This document shows, one piece after another, positions 47,232-57,582 of a stretch of 64,000 nt of DNA. The translations under genes and the position numbers were made by a program. Source of the stretch: Planctomycetia bacterium TMED53 (GTDB lineage Bacteria > Planctomycetota > UBA8108 > UBA1146); NCBI GenBank assembly GCA_002167285.1, contig NHDG01000067.1, positions 88,153 through 152,152 on the forward strand. The letters run 5' to 3'. Numbering within the stretch: the first letter of the stretch is position 1; each line of letters starts with the position of its first letter. The notes beneath the pieces are model-generated. The model made no database searches, was not told the DNA's origin, and worked only from the letters and a program-made list of their open reading frames with translations.

Positions 47232-47901
47232 TCCCCATACTGGCACGGTGACCGCGGCGAGGCGTCACGTGAGTGCCGATAAACTCCATCAACTTGACTG
47301 CGAGCAGATCCTTGGAGATCGCCGGCAAGTCGATGGAAGGTTGGCCCGGCTCGATCCAGATGTAGTCCCCCGTGGCCACACCCAGGTTGCCTGGCGAGTT
47401 GCAAAGTACCAGATCCAGATTTTTCTTCACGGCCTTTCGCCGAGCTTCTTCCTCACCCGCCTGCGACTCGAGGGCAAATCCGACCAGAATTCGTGGCCCA
47501 TTTTCGTCTTCCCTGTCTTTAGAGCGGTTTTCGAGGATGTCCGGATTGCGCACCAATTGGAGATTCCAATCCCCGGGGGCCTTCTTCTTTTTGCCAGGAA
47601 TCCGCTCATGGGGTCGATAATCGCAGACCGCCGCTGTAGCGACGAAGGCATCGACCTGAGGCCACAATTGTGCGGTCAACGCATCGAGATCGCGGGCCGT
47701 TTCGAAGGGATGGTGAATGACTCCTGCAGGGATCTGGGCATCGACTGGGCCGAGTGCCAAGTGAACCTGCCAGCCCTTTTCTGCAGCAACCTGAGCCACC
47801 GCCAAACCCATACGTCCACTGGCGCCGTTACTCAGGTAGCGCACATCGTCGATCGGTTCACGGGAAGGTCCGGCAGTAATCAGCAGGACCGGCGGCTTCA
47901 A
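47197..47901 (-). CDS. coaB: Phosphopantothenate--cysteine ligase (CoaB half of CoaBC)
   Basis: LITAGPSREPIDDVRYLSNGASGRMG, AAVCDY, LVGFALES; TTGA overlap with coaC. Confidence 0.9.
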   Translation of the reverse strand: MKPPVLLITAGPSREPIDDVRYLSNGASGRMGLAVAQVAAEKGWQVHLALGPVDAQIPAGVIHHPFETARDLDALTAQLWPQVDAFVATAAVCDYRPHERIPGKKKKAPGDWNLQLVRNPDILENRSKDREDENGPRILVGFALESQAGEEEARRKAVKKNLDLVLCNSPGNLGVATGDYIWIEPGQPSIDLPAISKDLLAVKLMEFIGTHVTPRRGHRASMGNDESESQQAQS

Positions 47902-48473
47902 GAGAGCTCCCTCGCACCGAGGATTTGATCGACCCGACCATCGATCACATCGAGATCCGCAAGGCGACCGGGCCCGACAGATCCACATGCGAGATGACCA
48001 ACTCCGGGATCGATGATTTCGGCACCGCGCTCACGAAGAGTGTTGATATTTGCCTGCACTGCAGCATGACGCCACATGCGATCATTCATCGCCGGGCAAA
48101 TTACCAGAGGGCCCTCCCAAGCAAGCGCGGTCAAGCACACCGCATCATCACCAAAACCTTGGGCCAATCGGGCGAGGTGATCTGCACTGGCAGGTGCGAT
48201 GATGAAGAGATCCGCTTCATCACCAGAACCGATGTGTTCAGGACGATCGCCGGTGCCTAAAGGTTGCCAAATTTCGGTGGTTACCGGCTGACGGGTGACC
48301 GCCTCAAAGGTTAATGGCTGGACAAACTTGCACGCAGAAGGAGTCATTCTGACACGAACTTTTGCACCACGTTGAGTCCAGCGGGATGCCAGGTCGGCAA
48401 CCTTGTAAGCGGCGACTCCCCCGGTCACACCGAGGAGAAGTGTTCTTCCGTGCCAGTGACTATGGTCCGTCAT
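47898..48473 (-). CDS. coaC: Phosphopantothenoylcysteine decarboxylase (CoaC half)
   Basis: LGVTGGVAAYK, EHI, APASAD, PAMN, LACG..GPGRL. Confidence 0.93.
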   Translation of the reverse strand: MTDHSHWHGRTLLLGVTGGVAAYKVADLASRWTQRGAKVRVRMTPSACKFVQPLTFEAVTRQPVTTEIWQPLGTGDRPEHIGSGDEADLFIIAPASADHLARLAQGFGDDAVCLTALAWEGPLVICPAMNDRMWRHAAVQANINTLRERGAEIIDPGVGHLACGSVGPGRLADLDVIDGRVDQILGARELS

Positions 48474-48485
48474 AGTTTAAATAGT

Positions 48486-48518
48486 TGGGCGAGGTCCATC
48501 CCCGACGAACCTCGCCCA
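48486..48518. terminator. Hairpin after rpoZ (possible weak terminator or processing site)
   Basis: TGGGCGAGGT-N13-ACCTCGCCCA inverted repeat. Confidence 0.45.
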
Positions 48519-48524
48519 TACTTC

Positions 48525-48899
48525 CTACTCGCTCGTCGGATTGAGGAACTCTGAAAGCTCCTTGATCCGCTCTTCCTTGACCTTCTTGAGGTCGGAACCA
48601 AATACTTCGCGCTCTTCTTTGGCATCCCCTTCGCCCGAGAGTTTGCGCGCCTCGGAAAGGAAATCCTTCTCTTTCTCCTCGAGTTCAGCCAAGACTACTT
48701 TGTCCTGAAGAATCTCTTGGATGACGATTTCCTGAAGATCGGTGGAGGTGGTCTCTACGAGAGGTCTGGCCCCACGCTTGAGTTCCACTATGCGCTTTTG
48801 CATCAGGGCAGTCAGTTGCAACTTACCGCCTGTTTTTTCCACCAGCTGGTCCTCGATGTCGACGTCCAGCATCATGTCCTCCATCCTCGGAGAGGCCAT
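48525..48899 (-). CDS. rpoZ: DNA-directed RNA polymerase omega subunit with C-terminal extension
   Basis: GGKLQLTALMQKRIVELKRGARPLV; gmk-rpoZ-coaBC synteny. Confidence 0.85.
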   Translation of the reverse strand: MASPRMEDMMLDVDIEDQLVEKTGGKLQLTALMQKRIVELKRGARPLVETTSTDLQEIVIQEILQDKVVLAELEEKEKDFLSEARKLSGEGDAKEEREVFGSDLKKVKEERIKELSEFLNPTSE

Positions 48900-48923
48900 T
48901 GAGCCACCTCTCCGCTCTGTGCT

Positions 48924-49520
48924 CTATTGATGACCATTTCTGCGCTGCCGATCTTCCTCGATGATCCGGATCAGCTGATCCGCTGCATTCTCGAGGTCAT
49001 CATTGACGACGCAGTGGTCGTATTTATCTCTTTGTTCCAACTCCACCCGGGCATTCGCCAGGCGGATTTCCATTTCTTCTTTTGTCTCGTCTCCACGCCC
49101 TTTGAGGCGACGCTGCAACTCTTCAAGCCCCGGAGGCTCGAGAAAAATATGCAGTGCGTCCACCGATTGCTGACGCAGATTCTGTGCACCCTGAACATCG
49201 ATGAGCAACAGCACTGCATTGGCGTGTTGTTGCTGCTTCGCGATGTCCACCCGAGGGCTGCCGTACAGGTTGCCATGAACCTCGGCATACTCGAGAAACC
49301 CTCCCTCTTCGATGCGTTTCTCAAACGCTTCCCGATCGAGGAAGTGATAGTCGACACCATCCCTCTCCCCATCACGGGGAGATCGGGTGGTTGCGGTGAT
49401 CGCCCGAACATAATTGCCCTTAGCGATCACACACTCACTGACAGCAGTCTTGCCAACCCCCGAGGGGCCGGAGAGCACCACCAGTACTCCTGGGTCATTC
49501 GGGGCCGACAACGGTTCCAT
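48924..49520 (-). CDS. gmk: Guanylate kinase
   Basis: SGPSGVGK, TTRSPRDGERDGVDYHF, YGSP, IDVQGA. Confidence 0.96.
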   Translation of the reverse strand: MEPLSAPNDPGVLVVLSGPSGVGKTAVSECVIAKGNYVRAITATTRSPRDGERDGVDYHFLDREAFEKRIEEGGFLEYAEVHGNLYGSPRVDIAKQQQHANAVLLLIDVQGAQNLRQQSVDALHIFLEPPGLEELQRRLKGRGDETKEEMEIRLANARVELEQRDKYDHCVVNDDLENAADQLIRIIEEDRQRRNGHQ

Positions 49521-49575
49521 CGTGGCGGCACCCTTTCCAATTGATCCCACTTGAGCAGGATCAAACGATTTCAAA

Positions 49576-50457
49576 TCACTCGATGTTTTGCGTCTGCTCA
49601 CGCAGACGATCCACATTCACTTTGATCCCAACAACGGTGTGGGCCAGATCATGTCGAGGAAGCTTTGAGGTCATCGTGTTCGCTTCCCTAAACATTTCCT
49701 GGGTCAGGAAGTCGAGTCTTCGACCAACCCGACCGCCGCCTGCCACTACGTTGCGATACTCCTCAACATGTCCGCGCAAGCGCGACAACTCTTCGGTGAT
49801 GTCTGATCGTTCAGTCAGCACTCCGACTTCGCGCAGGAGATCCTTAGAATCGATGTCTCCGCCAGCAGATTCAATCAACTGCTGAATTCGATCGCTGTAA
49901 CGATCACGAAGCCATTCCAAAACCTCCGGAAGGGACGATTCAATCTCGTCCAATGCGGATTCCGTATCTTTCAGTAAACGCTCGAACTCGACTCGAAGAC
50001 GCTCACCTTCATTCTCTTGCATACGACGCAAATCAGCGATGGCCGCTTCGACCGCCTCCAACAACAGTTGGTCTGATTCGCCGCTGGCGCTGACGCCGGA
50101 AGAGGAAGCCTCATGCAAGGCAACCACATCCATAAAGCGAATCTCCTGGTCTGGTGCGACGTCATCTCGAAGTCGACTTAACTGTTCAAAGCGTGCAGCG
50201 ATCGCTTCCCCATCGATGGGAGGCCCTGCATTTTCCAAATCTTCAACAAACACCGAGAGATGAATTGCACCTCTCTCAATCTTCTCACGCAGTAACGCAT
50301 CGACCTTGCTCTGTAGAGAGGCGAAACGATCGGGAAGGTGGTAGGAAGATTTGAGATATCGGTGATTCACCGATCTCAGCTCGACCTTGACTCCCAGGTC
50401 GCTGCCCTTCACATCTCCGGATCCGTATCCGGTCATACTGCGCAATGGAGAAGCCAA
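49576..50457 (-). CDS. yicC: YicC family endoribonuclease (track start 50700 over-extended)
   Basis: SMTGYG, ELRSVNHRY, DITEELSRL, GRRLDFLTQEMFREANT, REQTQNIE. Confidence 0.93.
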   Translation of the reverse strand: MASPLRSMTGYGSGDVKGSDLGVKVELRSVNHRYLKSSYHLPDRFASLQSKVDALLREKIERGAIHLSVFVEDLENAGPPIDGEAIAARFEQLSRLRDDVAPDQEIRFMDVVALHEASSSGVSASGESDQLLLEAVEAAIADLRRMQENEGERLRVEFERLLKDTESALDEIESSLPEVLEWLRDRYSDRIQQLIESAGGDIDSKDLLREVGVLTERSDITEELSRLRGHVEEYRNVVAGGGRVGRRLDFLTQEMFREANTMTSKLPRHDLAHTVVGIKVNVDRLREQTQNIE

Positions 50458-50461
50458 GGTC

Positions 50462-51019
50462 TTATCTCTGTCCCGCTTCTCCACTGGAAGGCGTTTCGGT
50501 CCCTGGAGCCGGATCTTCTGTTGCAGCGCCACCTTCACTGGTCGCGTCCGCTTCACCAGTAGACTCACCAGCATCGCTCTCAGTAGCACCGGTATCCGCT
50601 GCTCCTCCGGTGGAGTCTGCGCCATCGGTCGCGCCTGTTGCAGCGGTGCCTGCTGCATCGGAGCTCGTTGATTCAATCGAAGCGTCATCACCGAGGGCAT
50701 CGCCGATTCCGACGACGACTTCTTCTTCGGAAGAAGTTGTCACCGAGGCATTCATGGGATCGTCATCTTGAAGGATAGAAGTCGAGCCTTCCTCTTTGGC
50801 GATAATGCCAACGCTAAGACACAACGCGAAAAAGACCACCGCTAAGAAGCGGGTCAACTTTGCGATGCCACTGGTTGGACTTGTTCCCAGCATCGGGCTG
50901 TCACCACCGAGGCCAAAGGCGCCGGATAGCCCCGCCTGCTTCGGCTCTTGAAGCAGAATGGCCAAGCCCATCAGCACCGATACGAAACCCAACAGGACGT
51001 ACAAAATCGAAATCAACAC
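50462..51019 (-). CDS. secG: Preprotein translocase subunit SecG with long acidic tail
   Basis: ILLQEPKQAGLSGAFG, second TM LTRFLAVVFF; downstream of tpiA. Confidence 0.88.
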   Translation of the reverse strand: MLISILYVLLGFVSVLMGLAILLQEPKQAGLSGAFGLGGDSPMLGTSPTSGIAKLTRFLAVVFFALCLSVGIIAKEEGSTSILQDDDPMNASVTTSSEEEVVVGIGDALGDDASIESTSSDAAGTAATGATDGADSTGGAADTGATESDAGESTGEADATSEGGAATEDPAPGTETPSSGEAGQR

Positions 51020-51028
51020 GACTTCACC

Positions 51029-51850
51029 TCATTCATGAAGTTTTGGCTCGCGGCCTCCACGGCACGCGATTCCCGCATCCAAAATCCCGAGGAAGCTACT
51101 CGCTTCCAGACTCGCACCACCGATGAGTGCGCCATCGACGTCACTGAGACCCAATAGGTCTGCGGCATTATCCGCCTTGACGCTCCCGCCGTACAAAATC
51201 GGCGTCGCTTCCGCACCCGATCCGCGAAGTTCGCAGAGACGGTCTCTAAGAAAACCGTGAACCTCTGCCACCTGTTCAACAGTCGCCGTCACTCCGGTAC
51301 CGATCGCCCAAACAGGCTCGTAGGCAATCACCGGCTGCTCCCCCTCTACACAAAGGGAAAGCCCTCTCTCTAATTGCTCGCCCACGACACTGCGGGTGTC
51401 CCCGCTCTCTCGTTGAGCCAACGTTTCTCCGATGCAGAGCACCGGTTTGAGTTTATGGTCTAGCGCCTGTCGAACCCGACGAGCGCAACTTTCATCATCG
51501 ACACCGAAGAGCGTTCTTCTCTCCGAGTGTCCCACCAGACACCACTGCGCGCCGAAGTCTTTGACCAATTGAGCCCCCACCTCTCCGGTGAAAGCTCCCA
51601 TCGAAACCTCAGCCACACACTGCGCACCAAAACTGATCGGCAACGAATCCTGTGCAGTGTCACCACTGGCAGAAAGCCACCCCAACCAAGGAAGCGGTGG
51701 AAAGATGAGCACCTCGACTGAGTCGGGATCCCCAACCATCCTCGAACGACGTTCCTCGACCCCTCCCATGACATCCCGCAACAGGGATTCGCCATTGGAA
51801 CGGTCTGGGTTGTGCTTCCAGTTCCCCGCGATGATGGTCGGTCTGATCAA
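51029..51850 (-). CDS. tpiA: Triosephosphate isomerase
   Basis: IAGNWK, GAFTGE, GHSERR, AYEPVWAIGTG, YGGSV, GGASL. Confidence 0.97.
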   Translation of the reverse strand: MIRPTIIAGNWKHNPDRSNGESLLRDVMGGVEERRSRMVGDPDSVEVLIFPPLPWLGWLSASGDTAQDSLPISFGAQCVAEVSMGAFTGEVGAQLVKDFGAQWCLVGHSERRTLFGVDDESCARRVRQALDHKLKPVLCIGETLAQRESGDTRSVVGEQLERGLSLCVEGEQPVIAYEPVWAIGTGVTATVEQVAEVHGFLRDRLCELRGSGAEATPILYGGSVKADNAADLLGLSDVDGALIGGASLEASSFLGILDAGIACRGGREPKLHE

Positions 51851-52058
51851 ATCTCTCCCGTGGGCATGCAACCCGCTCCGCCAATGAATTCCGCCAGTTG
51901 ATTCCACACCCGAAAAAAGCACATTTCGGGCCCAATTCCGGGATCCGTATCCTAGCGGGATCCTGCCGAAAGTGGAATCAAAGTGGGACCGGGCACAAGC
52001 AGAACAGAGTACCGCTCTCGTCTAAATCAATCAACCTGTTGCCACTATTGGATTTCCG

Positions 52059-52784
52059 TCAACGGCGAGGGGGTTTGAGGGGGCGAATTTCAACCTCACT
52101 GAGGACCGTACCCGGTGGGGCCTCCAATTGCTGGAGGACGACTTGAGCAATCTGAACTGGATCGAGAGGATCAGCGTCAGATGGTCCCTCAGAGGTATTT
52201 GAGGGCGGTTCCGCTGCAATGGACCCGGGATGGATCAGGCTCACCCGGATCCCCTGCTGCCGAAGTTCCGAAAAAATAGATCGGCTCCAGCCGACTAATC
52301 CATGCTTAGCTGCAGAGTAGGCAGAACCGCCGGGAAGGGGCTGAATTCCTGAAATCGAAGAGATTTGAATCAAAGAGGGTTTCTTTGACCTTTTCAGATG
52401 GGGTAGCGCGCTCAGGCTCGAATTCACGGCGGTCATCAAATTTTGCTTCAAGACCTGCAGAAATTGCTCCGACTGCATCTCCTCAAATGCTTCAAAGTAG
52501 ACTTTTCCCGCATTGTTGATGAGGGCATCCAGTCCACCGAGGGTGGTGGCGAGTGATTCGATCGCATGGCGGGCAGCATTTTCATCCGTTAAGTCTGCCA
52601 CCTCCACCGCCTCCACTTGTCCCTCAGAAAGCAATTCCTCCAGGGACTCTGAGCTCCTTGCGATAACTCCGACGCGCCAATTTGCTTTAGCGAGATGTCG
52701 TGCCAGAACTCTTCCTAATCCACGACTGGCTCCGGTAACGATCACCCGACGTGGCACTTCCTCCGCCGAATCAGTTGGCTTCAT
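52059..52784 (-). CDS. Short-chain dehydrogenase/reductase
   Basis: TGASRGLG, NNAG, YSAAK. Confidence 0.93.
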   Translation of the reverse strand: MKPTDSAEEVPRRVIVTGASRGLGRVLARHLAKANWRVGVIARSSESLEELLSEGQVEAVEVADLTDENAARHAIESLATTLGGLDALINNAGKVYFEAFEEMQSEQFLQVLKQNLMTAVNSSLSALPHLKRSKKPSLIQISSISGIQPLPGGSAYSAAKHGLVGWSRSIFSELRQQGIRVSLIHPGSIAAEPPSNTSEGPSDADPLDPVQIAQVVLQQLEAPPGTVLSEVEIRPLKPPRR

Positions 52785-52907
52785 CGATTCACCTTCCAAA
52801 CCGGGATTACGATCAGGCGGACAAAATGAATTCCCTCGAATTGCCGACCTGACGATGATTCTGCCCTTTGCCAAGGGTAACATGGGGTTCCAGCGAAAGG
52901 AGTCCCG

Positions 52908-53705
52908 ATGAGTTTTCCCTTTGCGCGTGGCTCAAGGGCCGTCATCGGCGTGGTCCACTTGCCCGCATTACCGGGAAGCCCCGGCTACCAGCAGTCTCGC
53001 AGCCAAATACTTGATCACGCACTGGCAGACACGGAAGCGCTCATCGCCGGAGGCGTGAGCGGAATCATCGTCGAGAACTTTGGCGATGCTCCATTTTTCC
53101 CATCCAGTGTAGAGGCTTCGACCATCGCTGAAATGGCCGTCATCGTGAGAGCGATCAAACAACTGTCAGCATCGGCTCCAGTGGGAGTCAACGTTTTACG
53201 TAACGATTCCTTCGCGGCACTCGCGATCGCTGCAGCCTGTGGTGGTTCATTTATTCGAGTCAATGTTCACACCTCTGCCATGCTGACTGACCAAGGCTGG
53301 ATCGAAGGACAAGCCCATGAAACCTTGAGAAAAAGACAAGCCTGGGATGCCGGCGAGATTGCTATCGCTGCGGATGTCGGCGTCAAGCATGCCGTCAGAC
53401 CTGAAGGCTTTGACATCGCTCAGGCAGCAAAAGACACCGCAGGGCGGGGTCATGCCAGTGCGATCATCGTCACGGGTTCAGCAACAGGCTCGTCTGTCGA
53501 CACTGCCGAACTCCAGAAAGTCAGAGAGGCGATTCCACAAACGCCTCTCCTGATCGGCTCCGGAGTTGATTCTGAGAATATCTCCGAGCTGCTAAAGAAT
53601 GCAGACGGGGTTATCATCGGCACCAGTTTAAAAGAGGAAGGACGTGTCGATGCACCTGTGGAAGTAGCACGGGTTCGCCAATTGATGGATCAGGTCAACA
53701 AGTAA
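52908..53705 (+). CDS. BtpA/SgcQ family protein
   Basis: VIGVVHLPALPGSP, ENFGDAPF, GVNVLRND, ADVGVKH, IVTGSATG. Confidence 0.92.
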   Translation: MSFPFARGSRAVIGVVHLPALPGSPGYQQSRSQILDHALADTEALIAGGVSGIIVENFGDAPFFPSSVEASTIAEMAVIVRAIKQLSASAPVGVNVLRNDSFAALAIAAACGGSFIRVNVHTSAMLTDQGWIEGQAHETLRKRQAWDAGEIAIAADVGVKHAVRPEGFDIAQAAKDTAGRGHASAIIVTGSATGSSVDTAELQKVREAIPQTPLLIGSGVDSENISELLKNADGVIIGTSLKEEGRVDAPVEVARVRQLMDQVNK

Positions 53706-53720
53706 TCCTGCAATCAACAC

Positions 53721-54572
53721 CTACTCTGACTCGGCCGGTGAGTAATTCCCATCGGGAAGCACTTTAGCCCAACGGTACTCTTCAGCGGTCAACAGTGCGG
53801 TCAGCCATGGATCACCCTCGCGCATCTTTTCAGCGGTATTCAACTTCCACTCATGGGAGATTTCCCGCCCCCTCTGGGGCTCAGCCTGGGCCCCCAGCAA
53901 AGAGGTCAGTCCCCAATAAAGATACTCCACCGCCATGCAGCCATATTCGCAGCTACGATCATCGTAATGAAACCAAGCCTCCTCGGGATATTTTCTGGGC
54001 ACCCGCGAATAGTGGCCTCCCCTCGCTCGATCGAGGCAATCTGCTAACTCAGTTCCAGGCAGTGTCCCGAAGACTCTTGGATACGCTTCGCAATATCCCA
54101 TAGTGACGAGATGCAACACCTCTTCGATGGTGGCATCAAACTCCCCCCGCGGCAGAGTCTCTGACTCAAACTGCCCTTGCAGATAGCGGAAGTCGTACAG
54201 TTCAGCACCAGAACGATCCAGTCGCTCCATCTCTCTTTCCGATGAGAACAAGATCATCGCCATCGCTCGGGATGCCATCGCCTCCACGACTTTTGGATTG
54301 TCTGGTTTTCCATCTTCATCATTATCCAAATACTCTGCGAGCACCGCAGCGACATGACGGTGTTTAGCAGCATCGAAATCTGCGGTCGCTAAAACAGGGA
54401 TGCCAAAAACTGAAATTGACTTTTTGAAAACAGGAGAAATTTTATTGAACGGCTCTGGCACAGTACCGACCTCTAAATCGGGTACTGTAAATTTCGTGGG
54501 CTCTTTCTTCACTTCTATCTCATCCAGGTGAAACTCCAACATGAGTCCGCACAGCAACATCGCACTCAACAT
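53721..54572 (-). CDS. Exported hypothetical protein with zincin-like EEVLH motif
   Basis: Hydrophobic N-terminus, DNDEDG loop, ATIEEVLHLVT, CEYGCMAVEYLYW. Confidence 0.65.
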   Translation of the reverse strand: MLSAMLLCGLMLEFHLDEIEVKKEPTKFTVPDLEVGTVPEPFNKISPVFKKSISVFGIPVLATADFDAAKHRHVAAVLAEYLDNDEDGKPDNPKVVEAMASRAMAMILFSSEREMERLDRSGAELYDFRYLQGQFESETLPRGEFDATIEEVLHLVTMGYCEAYPRVFGTLPGTELADCLDRARGGHYSRVPRKYPEEAWFHYDDRSCEYGCMAVEYLYWGLTSLLGAQAEPQRGREISHEWKLNTAEKMREGDPWLTALLTAEEYRWAKVLPDGNYSPAESE

Positions 54573-54937
54573 GACTCCTCCTCGGAAGGAGACTTTTGCA
54601 GTGCAGCAAGGTTGGTTTTTTCCAAGGTCATACCTTTGGTGATCAAGGTTTCACTGATCTTGACTATCATCTCTTGAACCACGGGTCCTTTTTCGAGATG
54701 CGGATCGTCAACACATTTAACCGTCGTAGAACTTCCCTTGTCTTCTACAACAATATAAAACGACTGGGTCACTCCCAAATCGATGGCGATACAACGAAAC
54801 AGGAGTTGCTGTCGATCATTGCGCAGGAAACATGCGCAATAGTTTTGAATCTTTGCCCCGTGAACTTCCTTGTGAGGAGAGAACTCTGTCCAGACCTCTT
54901 CGAGGTCTAGCTTCCCTCCCAAAATGGCATGTGGCAT
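54566..54937 (-). CDS. Hypothetical protein
   Basis: 123-aa ORF with RBS AAGGAG, overlapping the downstream gene. Confidence 0.7.
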   Translation of the reverse strand: MPHAILGGKLDLEEVWTEFSPHKEVHGAKIQNYCACFLRNDRQQLLFRCIAIDLGVTQSFYIVVEDKGSSTTVKCVDDPHLEKGPVVQEMIVKISETLITKGMTLEKTNLAALQKSPSEEESC

Positions 54938-55081
54938 AAAAACTCCTTCGCCCGCAGACGTTGCCGCCCCCCTTGAGGTTGATTATCGTGACAGGATCGA
55001 GGTTTGAGCAAGTATCCCCCGGAGAAGTTGGACGCGGTTGATCTTTTTTTTGGATCTGGCCAATCGAATGAAAGTGAAATC

Positions 55082-55642
55082 ATGACCGAAACTGATCGAG
55101 ATCCCATTTCTGGTGATAACGCCTCAGATCTGCGTATCGGTGAAAGTTTCCATCGTCATGAAAATTGGTACCACGCCGGGAGCGCGACCATCGTCGGAGA
55201 CGTTCACCTTGGAGCAGAGTGCAGCATTTGGTATGGCGCAGTTCTCAGAGGAGATGATGCCCGAATCACCTTGGGAGAACGTGTCAATGTTCAGGACCTT
55301 TGCATGGTGCATGCAGATCCTGATAAGCCCCTGACCATCGGAGATGATGTCACCATAGGTCATGGAGCAGTGATCCATTGTGTCAAAGTCGGATCCAACA
55401 CCCTTATAGGGATGGGTTCAGTACTGTTAGAAGATGTCGTGGTCGGTGACGATTGCCTCATCGCTGCAGGAGCAGTCGTCCCACCGGGAAGCGATATTCC
55501 AGATGGATCTCTGGTTGTCGGTGTCCCCGGGAAGGTCGTCAGAAAAGTCACCGAAGAAGAAAAGATAAGTTTCATCAAATCCGCAAAAAAATATGCCGAT
55601 AATGCTCGCGAATTTCATCAACGCTACGGTAGTAGGAGCTGA
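55082..55642 (+). CDS. Gamma carbonic anhydrase family (YrdA/PaaY-like) protein
   Basis: IVGDV, VLRGD, NVQD..MVH, IGHGAVIH hexapeptide repeats. Confidence 0.92.
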   Translation: MTETDRDPISGDNASDLRIGESFHRHENWYHAGSATIVGDVHLGAECSIWYGAVLRGDDARITLGERVNVQDLCMVHADPDKPLTIGDDVTIGHGAVIHCVKVGSNTLIGMGSVLLEDVVVGDDCLIAAGAVVPPGSDIPDGSLVVGVPGKVVRKVTEEEKISFIKSAKKYADNAREFHQRYGSRS

Positions 55643-55645
55643 CAA

Positions 55646-56401
55646 ATGACTGACTCGGCACCACTACAGCTACCAGAAGATGATCGCTGGATTTTGATGA
55701 TCGAAACCAGTCAACGACAGGGTTCGGTGGCACTCGGTACCGTGGGTGGAGATTTGATCGAAGAGTTACCTTTCAGCCCAGGGCTCGTTCACGGCAAAGA
55801 ACTCCTACCCAGAATCGACGAACTAGTTTCAAAACACGGAACCCGATCTCAATTGGGAATGGTAGCTGTCAGCCGTGGCCCCGGTTCTTTTACTGGTATC
55901 CGTATAGGTGTTGCCGCCGCCAAGGCCATCGGCTGGGGGCTTGGGATTCCCACCATTGGGCTCTCCTCATTGGAGTGCATGATTCATGGACTCGGCCCCG
56001 ATTCTTCTGGACGGTGGGCTGCGATTCTCGATGCCAGTGGCGGAGACAGGGATTTAGGGATCTATCAAGTCGATGACCAAAGCATCGAGATCATCGAGGA
56101 TGAACGTGCGGTTCGAGTTGAAGACTTGCCCACCCTGATCGAAGCGGGAACTGGAGTGGTCGGCAGTGGTTGTAGGGATGTGGATTGGTCCAAGGAAGTC
56201 TTCGTCGCACCGATAGATAAAGATCAACCCCCTGCCAGCTCGGGGCTAGTACTCGCTCGACGCAAACTTGAATTGCTGCGCTCCGGCTCCGCTTCAGAAG
56301 AGAGTTGGAACAACCCGCACCAATTGCAACCGAGATATTTGCGCGTCAGTCGCGCTGAAGAAGTTCGTCGAAAAAAGTTGGCTGAACAGGGTCGTCAATG
56401 A
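55646..56401 (+). CDS. tsaB: tRNA threonylcarbamoyladenosine biosynthesis protein TsaB
   Basis: IETS, GPGSFTGIRIG, QPRYLR. Confidence 0.92.
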   Translation: MTDSAPLQLPEDDRWILMIETSQRQGSVALGTVGGDLIEELPFSPGLVHGKELLPRIDELVSKHGTRSQLGMVAVSRGPGSFTGIRIGVAAAKAIGWGLGIPTIGLSSLECMIHGLGPDSSGRWAAILDASGGDRDLGIYQVDDQSIEIIEDERAVRVEDLPTLIEAGTGVVGSGCRDVDWSKEVFVAPIDKDQPPASSGLVLARRKLELLRSGSASEESWNNPHQLQPRYLRVSRAEEVRRKKLAEQGRQ

Positions 56402-57579
56402 ACGCTGAACGTTCGAGACCTGAACGGGCATGGGCACGCATCGATCTCGGCCGAATCTCTTCTAATCTAGATCATGCTCGTCGCTCACTTCCCAATAAGA
56501 AGATTCTCGCTGTTGTCAAAGCTGATGCTTATGGCCATGGGGCGACCGCTATCAGCAAACAACTGGAGAAGGATGGAATCGACTATCTGGGAGTAGGAAC
56601 TTCTGTTGAAGCGATAGACCTGCGGAATGATGGCATCACTGCCCCAATTCTTGTTCTCGGTGCACTTCTTCCAACCGAGTTACCAGAAGTCATCGATCGA
56701 AACATTACCGTCACCATTCACTCTCCTGGCAGAATCACCGAGTTGGAATCTTTGGCAAAAATCAAAAATCAAAAGATTCCTGTTCATCTGCTCGTCGATA
56801 CAGGCATGGCAAGGCTGGGAGTCAGCACCCGTAATGCCCTCGACCACGCCAAAAGAATTGAAGCCAGTCCATGGCTTGAGTTGGAGGGGCTGGGAACCCA
56901 CATTGCAACTCCCGGCGATGATCAGCAGGTGAACTTACAGAGATCTCTTTTCCGAACCATTACTTCTGATCTTGAACAGTGTGGAATACGCCCTCCTTTG
57001 ATCCACGTAGATGCCAGTCACTCGGCGATCACTGCCAATGCTGGTAAAAGCACCATGGTGAGACTCGGAGGTTGGATCTACGGGATCGTCGCGGGCCTCG
57101 CTGGATCCAGCCCTGTGAGCCCCGCATTGTCCTTATTTAGCCAAATCGTTTATCTGCGAGATCATCCAGAAGGGCGCCCCATCGGTTATGGTGGAACCTT
57201 CGTGACCAGGCGTCAGTCTCGCCTGGCGACGATCAGCATCGGATACCACGATGGCCTCCCCACCACCCTTTCTAACAAGGGAGAGTTGCTGGTTCGGGGC
57301 CAGAGAGTACCGGTAGTAGGTCGAGTTACGATGGACTACACAACGGTCGATGTGACCGATGTTCCTGGAGTGTCTGTCGGCGACCTGGTCACCCTACTTG
57401 GCACCGATGGTAGCGAACAAATTGCTGCCAAAGAGATCGCCTCATGGTGTGGCTTAGTACCTTATGAAGTCACTTGCCTACTAGGCAGAAGGATCCTGCG
57501 AATCCCGGTGACGAAGGATGAATTTTGGCCGGAAATCGGTGAGGATGAATCGCAGATTGCCGAAGGTGAAAGGGTCTGA
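56398..57579 (+). CDS. alr: Alanine racemase
   Basis: AVVKADAYGHG, DTGMARLG, IGYGG, GYHDG, GRVTMD, PYE. Confidence 0.95.
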   Translation: MNAERSRPERAWARIDLGRISSNLDHARRSLPNKKILAVVKADAYGHGATAISKQLEKDGIDYLGVGTSVEAIDLRNDGITAPILVLGALLPTELPEVIDRNITVTIHSPGRITELESLAKIKNQKIPVHLLVDTGMARLGVSTRNALDHAKRIEASPWLELEGLGTHIATPGDDQQVNLQRSLFRTITSDLEQCGIRPPLIHVDASHSAITANAGKSTMVRLGGWIYGIVAGLAGSSPVSPALSLFSQIVYLRDHPEGRPIGYGGTFVTRRQSRLATISIGYHDGLPTTLSNKGELLVRGQRVPVVGRVTMDYTTVDVTDVPGVSVGDLVTLLGTDGSEQIAAKEIASWCGLVPYEVTCLLGRRILRIPVTKDEFWPEIGEDESQIAEGERV

Positions 57580-57582
57580 GCG

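Noticed and set aside
47197-48473. Frameshifted coaBC pseudogene
   Set aside because: Both halves are complete and joined by a TTGA start/stop overlap with an RBS; split coaB/coaC is known in other bacteria
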